Shown: one piece after another, positions 53,930-64,000 of the stretch
How positions within the stretch are numbered: position 1 is the stretch's first letter
Layout: the number at the start of each line of letters is the position of its first letter
NCBI RefSeq assembly: GCF_006345805.1
Contig: NC_043002.1
Coordinates: forward strand, 98,828,001 to 98,892,000
Length of the DNA stretch: 64,000 bases
Direction of reading: 5' to 3'
From: Octopus sinensis
Taxonomy: Eukaryota
Notes under the pieces: model-generated
Databases searched by the model: none
The model's input: only the letters and a program-made list of their open reading frames with translations
What the model was told of the DNA's origin: nothing
Program-made: the position numbers and the translations under genes

Positions 53930-54520
53930 ATCACCGAAAATGGCGGACCGGATTCCTTGCGGTGTTTGTTTCAGTTCTTTGTGATCTGAGCCCAAACCCC
54001 ACCACAGCTTTCTTTGATGGTAGAGTTAATCTGTCGCCCGGTTTTAACACCTCCCACTTGGTACCTTGAGCGGCATTAGTAGCGGAATCCAGTTGCAAGC
54101 ATTTTGGCCCGGTTTCTAGTTTCAAGATATCTTCCACCTACCAGTCTGGAAACTCGTGTTAAAGATCATGGACACTGTTTTCCTTCGTAATCTTCATAAC
54201 TTCCTTCGCAACATAAGTAATCCGAAGCAGAAAAACAACAGAACCATTGACTTTTTTAAGGGCTTACATGCTGGATTGTAGTGAGATCAGAAATCCTATC
54301 ACATGCTGATGAGACCTGCTACTGATACCATGCAAACCTGCACTACCATTTCCATGGTCGAGGGGTTGGCGACTAAATCGGCTTCCTCACTTAAGTAACT
54401 TGCTACTCTTGTGAGGAAAGATGTTCGGACACACAGCAGGATTAAAAAACAACATGTCGAAGAACGGATTAGCTCCTTGTAGACCAACGGCCATCCACCT
54501 AAGGAAAGTGAAGGGAAACG
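53930..54520 (-). mobile_element. possible L1/Tx1-like ORF2 C-terminal relic
   Basis: VVFLLRITYVAKEVMKIT resembles the region just before LINE ORF2 ends; heavily decayed. Confidence 0.35.
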
Positions 54521-55409
54521 ACCCTAATGTACCTATCCAGAAAACACTATGATAAAATAAGAACGAAGTAACGATGTAGCTTCATGCGATAGAACTCGCA
54601 CTTAATCTGGAAGACTTTTGTTTTAGTTCATCAACGCGCTGCGAAAGCGAACTATGCATGGCAACGACGACATGGTGTGTGGAATGAAAGGAAGCTAATC
54701 TAGATGCTTAAAATAAAGGATAAAGTGGATTTCTGTAAATCTACCCAAGAACCTTGTGGTCGTGTTAAACCTTGTGATAGAGGAAGCCTACTACGAGGGT
54801 CTGTAAGAGTTACTTGCCTCAGTTTCATGTCAGATTCACTTGCCATGCAGTGGGGAAAAAAAAGCATAATGACATAGTTGCGAAGTAAACTTGTTAACTA
54901 TATTGCCAAGTAACTATATAGCCAAACCTTAATCCATCTGTAAATAAGCATGATGATAATGCGATCACATTGCACACACATACATATCTACACACGCACA
55001 CACATACACACACACACACACACACATATTTACACAGCTAAAATGGATGCTTTTGTTTCAAGGTTTCCTTACAAAGATTACTCTCAGTGCACTCCCATAG
55101 AAATTAAGAATACAAAATGCAATTTTATCTGCCATGCCAAATATTATACGGATAAAACAGTGCATCAAGTTTGATTACATGCCACACACACACAACTGTT
55201 TCATGTAGGGATAGAAAAGTATGATTGTGCGGTTAAGTATTCTGTTTCGTAACCAAGAGTTTTCAGGTTCGGTACTAACTCGCTTCTGATTTCTATTATA
55301 ATCTCACGTTGACTGATAATTTGCAAGTGGAAGTTGTTAACTGTAAACTAAGCAGAAACCAATCGTATTCATATCATTACACAACGTGTGGTTGTGTACT
55401 ATGTAAAAA

Positions 55410-55752
55410 CGGTAAAGACCGCCCTTCACTCATAAATGACCTTGGGATTTCACCCAGAAAGTTCCCCTCCAAGGTACAAATGCGGGCAAGGTTATTTAAG
55501 GAATATCAGCAGTCGCCCATGCATACCAGCCTCCCCTCTCCACACCACTGATGTTATCCAAGGGAAAGTCAAAGGCCGATGCAGTTTGGCACCAGTAATG
55601 TCGCAACTCATTTTAATAGTTGAGTGAATTAGAGCAACGTGAAATAAAGTGTCTTTCTCAAGAACACGACACACAGCTCGGTCCGGAAATCGAACTCAGT
55701 ACCCCATGTTTGTGAGCCAGACCCTCTAATCACTGAGCCATGCGCCTTCACC
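55410..55752 (-). mobile_element. SINE with D head and core and a fourth tail type, old
   Basis: GTGAAGGCGCATGGCTCAGTG...GAGTTCGATTTCC...CACGTTGCTC...AAAATGAGT, then a different 3' region. Confidence 0.65.
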
Positions 55753-55943
55753 GTAGTGTACTCAATTTGTCATAAGAAGCGTGAACATAGTACACACATC
55801 TAATAACAGAAGCAGCTACAAATTAATGAAGTTCATTTCATAATGCCTTTTATATAATCCTGTATGACACTATACTCGACTAACGGTTTTTTCTGAAGCA
55901 TCGGTATATTGAGTTCTAACACTACGTTATTTATATCGCTATG

Positions 55944-55993
<50 letters not shown>

Positions 55994-56365
55994 TTTATGA
56001 ATTCTTTCATTTTCATTACATGCATAAAGAAAAAGAAATGGCAAGAAAGTCAGAGACAAAGAAGACGTGTGAGGAGAAGGTTATAGTATCAAACTAGCAT
56101 TGCTTTTCTTAGTGAGTAGAGAGGAGGGCGCCGCAAATATGGATTGCATGTGAGTTTTATTCTGATTATAAAGATATTTGTAAGATTCTATCTTGCATTA
56201 TATTAATAACTTTTCAGCGAAAAAGATGCAATTTATGGACTGGAAATTTTTATACTACGGGTAAACGTGTACAGTATTTCGGGTAATAAAAAACAAAGTC
56301 GATTACACATTCATGTATACATATATATATATATATATATATTGATATTTACATGCATATATGCT

Positions 56366-56429
<64 letters not shown>

Positions 56430-56431
56430 CC

Positions 56432-56465
<34 letters not shown>

Positions 56466-56466
56466 C

Positions 56467-56498
<32 letters not shown>

Positions 56499-56518
56499 AT
56501 CTATCTATCTATCTATCT

Positions 56519-56580
<62 letters not shown>

Positions 56581-56632
56581 TTATCTATTTATCTATCTAT
56601 GTATCTATCTGTCTATCTGTCTGTCTATCTGT

Positions 56633-56671
<39 letters not shown>

Positions 56672-57079
56672 CCTGTCTGTCTGTCTATCTATCTATCTAC
56701 TTGTCTATATGTTATATTCAAATGTAGGTAGATAGTAATACAGGTATGGGTGCATCTGATTTTTACTGTCTTCTTACAACGTGGTCAGATGTTAAGCCTC
56801 ATCTCTTTATATAAAGCAATAAATATGTGGAAATATGTACTGTAAAAACAGGATGAGGGGCAGGTATTATTACAATCCTCATGATCGTCGCCGTCGTCGT
56901 CGTTATCATCGTCGTCATCATCGTCATTATCATCATTACAGCTGATATTGTACTGCAGTACCCGCAGTGATAACAATGCGACAATGTGATAATAAAGTTA
57001 ACGATAGTATTAAAATAAAAATATTAGCAATACTAGCAAATTGATTATGGTAATAAAAATAGTACCACATCTAATAATA

Positions 57080-57118
<39 letters not shown>

Positions 57119-57124
57119 TAATCC

Positions 57125-57962
57125 ATTCTACTATAGGTGCAAGGCCTGAAGTTGTTGGAGAGGGGACTAATCGATTACATCGACCACTTTGTTCCACCGG
57201 TACTTAATTTATTCCTTTCTACTCTAGGCACAAGGCCCGAAATACTTGAGGAGGGGGCCACTTGATTACATCGATCCCAGTACGCAAGTGGTACTTGCTT
57301 TTCCCGACCCCAAAAGGATGAAAGGCAAAGTCGACCTCGGAGGAATTTGAACTCAGAACATGAAGACAAACGAAATGCCACTAAGCATTTCGCACGGTGT
57401 GCTAACGATTCTGCCAGTTCGTTACCTTGATAATAATAATGGTTTCAAGGGTAGCAATTAATAGATGAAAGGCAAAGTCGAGCGAAATTTGAACTCAGAC
57501 CGTAGCGACGGGCGAAATACCTATTTCTTTACTACACATAAGGGACTAAACACAGAGGGGACAAAAAAGGACAGACAAACGGATTAAGTCGATTATATCG
57601 ACCCCAGTGCGTAACTGGTACTTATTTAATCGACCCCGAATGGAAAAAAGGCAAAGTCGACCTCGGCGGAATTTGAACTCAGGACGTAGCACCAGACGAA
57701 ATACCTATTTCTATTTCTTTATTACCCACAAGGGGCTAAACATAGAGGGGACAAACAAGGACAGACATAGGTATTAAGTCGATTACATCGACCCCAGTGC
57801 GTAACTGGTACTTAATTTATCGACCCCGAAAGGATGAAAGGCAAAGTCGACCTCGGCGGAATTTGAACTCACAACGTAACGGCAGCCGAAATACCGACGT
57901 GCTAACGATTCTGCCAGCTCGCCGCCTTTGCCAGCTCGCCGCCTTTGCCAGCTCGCCGCCTT
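57125..57962 (-). mobile_element. tandem cluster of SINE C units
   Basis: 17-bp head start TGCCAGCTCGCCGCCTT x3 (57912-57962); two long-tail units, each followed by GGTATTTCG; a third truncated unit; then a short-tail copy with a duplicated tail. Confidence 0.9.
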
Positions 57963-60456
57963 GAAGGAAACCGTTTACCCGAACTAGCGAATGAATGTTG
58001 TGATACAAAACGATAAACCACGTGAGGAAGCCAAGGCCCAGGCCGAACCGCGCAAGCACAGTGACCAGGTATCGATGGTCAATGCTATCAAAAGCTTTAG
58101 ACTGGTCCAAATGTACCAATGCCCCACTTTTGCCAGATTTATTACCAGCCCTCTCTATGGTATAGCGAATAAGGTAGAGATTATCCTGAATGGTTCTGTC
58201 TGGGATGGCACATGTCTGTGCCTCCCCGACTATACCATTCGTGACACGCGCCAACCATTTTGCTAAGACCTTGGCCAAAACCTTCACCTCTGCATTTAAA
58301 CAGACTGATGCGCCTGAAGTTATCTAAAACGTCCCCCTTGTCCGGGTCCTTTCTGACGTCACTACACCCCGGCGCACAGATCTGGAGATAAATCCATTCT
58401 GTTGCTAGTTCCCGTACACGTCAGCCATTAGGTGCCCGAATAAGTCTGGCATACATTTATACAGCTCGTAGGGAAGACCATCAATTCTCGGCGACTTTCC
58501 CGCTTTACAGTCGGCCATAGCCTCCATCACCCATCATCTCCACAGGCGTGATCGGCCCTTCTCAAGACTCCGCACCCGATCCTGAAAGGCACGGTAGCCC
58601 GGCAAGAAAGTCCTCGAGAAATCTTCTACCGCCAGGACCGCCATCACTCCCGAACAGCTGGGCGTAGTACTCCCGAAAGGCCTCACACATTTCCTCGGGT
58701 TCGCTTACCAAGACGCAATTTTGATTCGTCAAAGGCCGAATAGTGGAACTATTTCCTTACCGAGCTTCCACCACTCGGGCCCATCCAGCGGCCTTGATTC
58801 CTTCACTTCCCATCGCACTTCCCATGTGTTGGGCTTCAAGATGCTGGTTCAATTCCAGTCTCTTCACCTTCACTTGGTCCGCATTACCAGTCCTCTAGGC
58901 TCCTTCTAGTTCCATAACTAGACCATCTCTTATTCTTAGCTGAACTTATGCTAAACCTAATATACTCATATTTTAGGGCTCTTTTTAGGACGTATCACCA
59001 TTTGTTATTAATGATTGTACCTGTCAATGCCCTCTGTATTAATATCTCGATCCTATTTCTGTACTCCTCAATCGCCAAAAGGGACGCATTGAGTTTCTAG
59101 TAGCCAGATCCCTGTCTATGCAACTTATCTACTGTCAGCTTAGAGGTAACCATCTTTTGATCACTGTAGCCAACTAGATAAAACTGTGGACACTTAGCTA
59201 TGGATTTAACTATCTTTATAATTAAAACCCTATCTAGATATGTTCTGGAAGACCCGTCACTGTTTGACCACGTCCACTGTGGAGTGTTCGGGATTTCCAA
59301 CCTATATGGATCTGCTAGCTGAAAGTGACTTTGCAGATTCCGTTAGCCAGGGTTACATTTTCTATTCATGTTCGAGCCAGTACAACCAGTGTGTGCGTCA
59401 CAGATTGTGTTAAATCTCCTATCAGTACTAGCAAATGCGAAGTGGCCTGGAACTTGCCCAGTGTTTATTTATATGGCTCAGCTGGCCACACTAGAAACAT
59501 CAGGGCTTACACTCCTCGACGAATACGTTAAGGAATTCCTCCCCAATTTCTATTTTCTTCGGCAACTGTTCTAAAATTGACTTTCTGTATTAGGAGGTGA
59601 ACCGTTTGACCGGTCCGATAAGTCTTTTCTGTGACGGTAGCCTGAAGGAGTGTTATATTATCTTCCTTTTTAGCCAGGACTGCCGCCATCAACCACACAG
59701 GGTCGACTTGAGGTGGGATCCTTAGAACACGTATCTTTGACGTCGTCAATCCCATATATATTGGAATTAAAACCACGTCCTCTGTTTCTAAAGATTTAAC
59801 TGGGTGTATTTGTGCAGTTTCTATATCTTTTAGTCGTATTTCGTTAGTACCAAACTTCTTCCCTCTGGCTAGGTATGGAATATCCTTCCTGCCAGATGGG
59901 TTTCAAGCACTTCTCAATTTTCTCTTCGCTCGATTAATTTTTTTTTTCCTTTTAGAAAGTAAGATTTTAAAATAATTGTTTTTCTTTTTTCTGTCATTAA
60001 TAGTTTTTCCGGTGGTTGAACTTTCATAACACCGTCTTCAATTGTTATTATATCTTTGTACTTCATCAGGTCATTTTTGTTTGTCGACAGCTGGCGGGTT
60101 CCACCTTCAGCCGACGCAAATCTTCTTTTTTGTTTATTTTCTTCTGTTTGAAGGCTTTCCACGTCAATATTCCTCTTTGGGGAAATTCAATTTCAGAAGA
60201 ATCCGAAATATCGACAAATATCAAACATTAAGTCTCTTTTGCATCCCTATCGGTTGACTTCTCTTCGCCAGACGAAGTTACACTTTTCGGCATCTTGCCA
60301 GCAATTAATGTTTCCCCCGCAGGGGAAAACACACGATAGTTTTCGAACGAAAACTATCACACAAGTAATTATAACAGGAAATAACACAAAAATGGTCAAT
60401 AGAAACTTGCACTTACTTGCACTCCAATAATAATTACCAATAAATCCAAACTCACA
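57963..60456 (-). mobile_element. L1/Tx1-like LINE: 5' UTR, ORF1, APE and RT N-terminal half; 3' end missing
   Basis: ORF1 GKKFGTNEIRL...VVLIPIYMG; APE PQWTWSNSDGSSRTYLDRV; RT KVLAKVLAKWL...QTCAIPDRTIQDN...LDQSKAFDSIDH. Confidence 0.9.
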
Positions 60457-60701
60457 CAGACGAAATACTTATTTCTTTACTACCCACGAGGAGCTAAACA
60501 CAGAGAGGACAAACAAGGACAGACAAACGGATCAAGTCGATTATATCGACTCCAGTGCGTAACTGGTACTTAATTTATTGATCCCGAAAGGATGAAAGGC
60601 AAAGTCGACCTCGGCAGAATTTGAATTCAGAACGTAACGGCAGACGAAATATTGCTAAGCATTTCGCCCGGCATGCTAACGATTCTGCCAGCTCACCACT
60701 T
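60457..60701 (-). mobile_element. SINE C long-tail copy plus 12 nt of a further head, abutting the LINE 5' end
   Basis: Minus strand ...GTAGTAAAGAAATA-A-GTATTTCGTCTG-TGTGAGTTTGG (LINE UTR). Confidence 0.88.
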
Positions 60702-60703
60702 TA

Positions 60704-60762
<59 letters not shown>

Positions 60763-60816
60763 TAATAATAATATAATAATAATAATAATAATATAATAAT
60801 AATAATAATAATAATG

Positions 60817-61024
60817 AAGGTGGCGAGCTGCTGGCAGAATCGTCGCCATGCTGGGCAAAAGCTTAGCGGCATTTCGTCCGTCTTCACGCTCTGAGTTCAA
60901 ATTTCTCCAGGATAGACTTTGATTTTCATCTTTTCGCGTCAATAAAATAAGGACCAATTGAGCGCTGGGAGTCAATGTAATCTAATTACCTCTCCTTCGA
61001 AATTGCTGGTTGTGTGCCAAAATT
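60817..61024 (+). mobile_element. SINE family C
   Basis: Head AAGGTGGCGAGCTG...; near twin at 63031-63245. Confidence 0.85.
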
Positions 61025-61102
61025 CTCGGTGTACGGAAAACACTCGGCGAGAAACGGAAGAAAATTTGAAGAAAGAAGGAAATAATAATAATAATAATAA
61101 TA

Positions 61103-61134
<32 letters not shown>

Positions 61135-61137
<3 letters not shown>

Positions 61138-61690
61138 ATGCCCTGATGCAGTACCAGGCAGTGGCTCTCATGGCTTCTGATCTTAACTGATTGGAAGTGT
61201 TATCATGTACATTGTTTTGTCTTGGTATAAAAGATGGGCTACAGCAAATATTCTGCTCAATACCACAGATTTGCTTGTCAGTTGTTTGACCTTAACCAGT
61301 TGAGCATGTCCCTTAGTGGCTGACGATATGTGCATCTCTGATCACGAGCAGAAGTAGTGGGGGAGCATCATAGCCATGTGTTGAGAGGGATTCTTTGGGG
61401 TTTGAATAATTCACCTCTGGAAACATGGGTGGTTCTTTCAACATCCTTAAACAACCCTTATTCAGGGACCTTTTGAGCGGGATGGGTTACTCGATCTGAA
61501 GAAAATTCTAACTGGGCTCCACCTGCAAGGTCATGTGCTGTTTATCTTGATATGAGATCACTATGTCGCGCACATATGGTTGTGATGCATGTGCCTGGTG
61601 TACCCTTATCAGACGGGTAGTCATGATGGGTATATTGGGCTTCGTATATTTTACCCCAGTGTCACTTTGATGACATGAACTGCTCTCTCA
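61135..61690. other. unclassified higher-GC block of about 550 bp bounded by (AAT)n on both sides; probable interspersed repeat
   Basis: Sharp composition change and microsatellite flanks; single copy in this window; no ORF recognised. Confidence 0.4.
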
Positions 61691-61844
61691 CTCAATAATA
61701 ATAATAATAATAATAGAAGAAGAGGGAGAGGAATGAAGACTATAGAAATAGTGGCGGAAGTTACAAAGACAAAAGAAAGAAGAAAAGAAAAACCACATGA
61801 GAAATTGGAATTAAGACAAAAATACGATAAAAATCCTTTCCAGG

Positions 61845-62066
61845 TCATATAGACTCACGGGGCCGGTTCCCCGGTTTCCGTGGTTTATATATATTGCCCA
61901 CCTGGACGGGAAGCAGGGCCATCACAGGATTACTCATTCTTGCCAACTGGAACAGCGTGAAATGAAGTTTTTTGCTCAAGAACACAACGCGTTGCCAGGT
62001 CCAGGAATCGAAACCAAGATCTTACGATAATGAGTCCTGCACCCCTAATCAGTAAACCACGCGCAT
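61845..62066 (-). mobile_element. SINE family D, degenerate
   Basis: CCGGTTCCCCGGTTTCC...GGACGGG...GAACACAACGCG...GGAATCGAAACC. Confidence 0.8.
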
Positions 62067-62358
62067 CTTAAGACGAAGAAATAATGTCTTAAAAGTTACA
62101 GGTGAAATTAAGAAAGTATTTGACATTCAGGCTGAAATTAAAACTTCAAAATATTCAAATAATCTATAGTGATATAGAAGTACTGTTTTATAAGGAAGGG
62201 TGGAAACAAAGCAAAAAATAACCCACAAAGTCTTTGAACAGTTGTGATTAGAGATAATGGTAGAGGCCGTAGGTTGCTCTCGTTCGGAGGTCTGGATTTA
62301 GCTTGAAATCGGAGTTGTTTATATCTGGGAACGAAAATTAATTTGACGTATTATTATT

Positions 62359-62575
62359 AAGGCGGCGACCTAGCGGAATCATTAGCACGCCAGCGCGAAA
62401 TACTTAGCGGTATTTCGTCTGCCGCTATGTTCTGAGTTCAAATTCCACCGAGGTTGACTTTGCCTTTCATCCTTTCTGGGTCGATAAATTAAGTACCAGT
62501 TGAGTACTGAGGTCAATGTGATCGATTGTCCCTCTCCCCACAAAATCCAGGCCTTGTGCCTTCAGTAGAAATGAT
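62359..62575 (+). mobile_element. SINE family C, short tail, ending in an ATT/ATC microsatellite (62575-63030)
   Basis: Head and body match 2656; tail GGCCTTGTGCCTTCAGTAGAAATGATTATT. Confidence 0.85.
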
Positions 62576-62632
62576 TATTATTATGATTATTATTATTGTT
62601 ATTATTATTATTATTATGATCATCATCATCAT

Positions 62633-62677
<45 letters not shown>

Positions 62678-62792
62678 TATTATTATTATTATTATTATCA
62701 TTATTATTATTATTATTATCATCATCATCATCATCATCATCATCATTATTATTATTATTATCATCATCATCATTATTATATTATCATCATCA

Positions 62793-62826
<34 letters not shown>

Positions 62827-62839
62827 CATCATTATTATA

Positions 62840-62872
<33 letters not shown>

Positions 62873-62881
62873 TATATTATT

Positions 62882-62916
<35 letters not shown>

Positions 62917-63030
62917 ATCATCATCATCATTATTATTATTATTATCATTATTATTATCATTATTATTATTATCATCATTATTATTATTATTATTATTATC
63001 ATCATCATCATTATTATTATTATTATTATG

Positions 63031-63245
63031 AAGGTGGCGAGCTGGCAGAATCGTCGCCGTGCTGGGCAAAATCTTAGCGGCATTTCATCCGTCTTTACGC
63101 TCTGAGTTCAAATTCCGCCAGGATAGACTTTGCTTTTTATCCTTTCGCGTCAATAAAATAAGGACCAGCTGAGCACTGGGAGTCAATGTAATCTAATTAC
63201 CTCTCCTTCGAAATTGCTGGCTTTGTGCCAAAATTTGAAACCGAT
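63031..63245 (+). mobile_element. SINE family C
   Basis: Twin of 60817-61024. Confidence 0.85.
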
Positions 63246-63844
63246 ATAATTATTATTATTAAATTCATTACTTATTAAAATTATTGAACTATTGTAGTTC
63301 TGTTCTGAAAAGTTAAAATTTTCTGTTGTCCATCAGCTTGCTGCCGCTGGTGGAGTTTTCCCAAAGCAAGTGACTGTGTTTTATTATCTGTCTGTATGTA
63401 TATACGTACACGTACCTACGTACATACACATATACATACATACATGCATAAGAAGCCATTCTAAGGAGAAACTCTCAACAGCATATGAGTCGCACAGTGA
63501 TAACTGTCTGATATAATACTCTCAGTATGTGAATGTAATATCTTTACCACACGTAGTTGTACAGCTATATATTTCCATTGCTAATGTTTAGTGCTTTATG
63601 TAACCGAAATATCGAACTACAGGTTAAAAGAATAACCTTTTGTATTCTATTTTCATTCGTATATTTGTAACTCACAGTATTTTGACATTCTGAATCACTT
63701 TTAAAGATACATACATGCATACATACATACATACATACATACATACATACATACATACATACATACATACATACATGCGCACACACACATACATATACAT
63801 ATATGCACGCACATATACACTATGGATGCATATATACATACACA

Positions 63845-63908
<64 letters not shown>

Positions 63909-64000
63909 CTGATATGTTCTTCAAAGTATCTCCCGATACCATCCACAAAACTCTGAGTCTCGATAAAAAATCAAAGATCTAATCGTGTAAATGAGATGAA

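Noticed and set aside
57817-58287. 156-aa ORF as an intact RT gene
   Set aside because: Only the first 108 or so residues are RT; the rest is read-through into a SINE head.

Overview
AT-rich, repeat-dense eukaryotic DNA with one 100-N scaffold gap (25792-25891). The SINE families and microsatellite load look most like an octopus/cephalopod genome (inference from recalled family patterns, not a database hit). I found no intact protein-coding gene, and most ORF-track entries are microsatellite read-throughs. The window is a mobile-element mosaic: mariner, Tc1 and two maT/DD37D relics; two mariner-derived MITEs; a non-autonomous Helitron; CR1-like, RLE-type and many L1/Tx1-like LINE fragments; Penelope-like (PLE) fragments; and about 30 tRNA-derived SINE copies that I label A-D. 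The one host-gene-like object is a probable LRR-containing GPCR pseudogene (43330-45018, minus). Best leads: (1) four different hammerhead ribozyme motifs at PLE-type ends, including a minimal hammerhead whose core carries a compensatory A3-U8 pair in place of C3-G8, present in both arms of an inverted pLTR; (2) junctions suggesting a Tx1-like LINE, plus a SINE with a LINE-like tail, that insert at the motif GTATTTCGTCTG inside the SINE itself; (3) a cluster of diverged LINE ORF1 relics, two joined directly to the LINE 3' tail; (4) all four head/tail combinations of two SINE modules in one window. All alignments and translations were done by eye. Boundaries are approximate unless a TSD or TIR is quoted.
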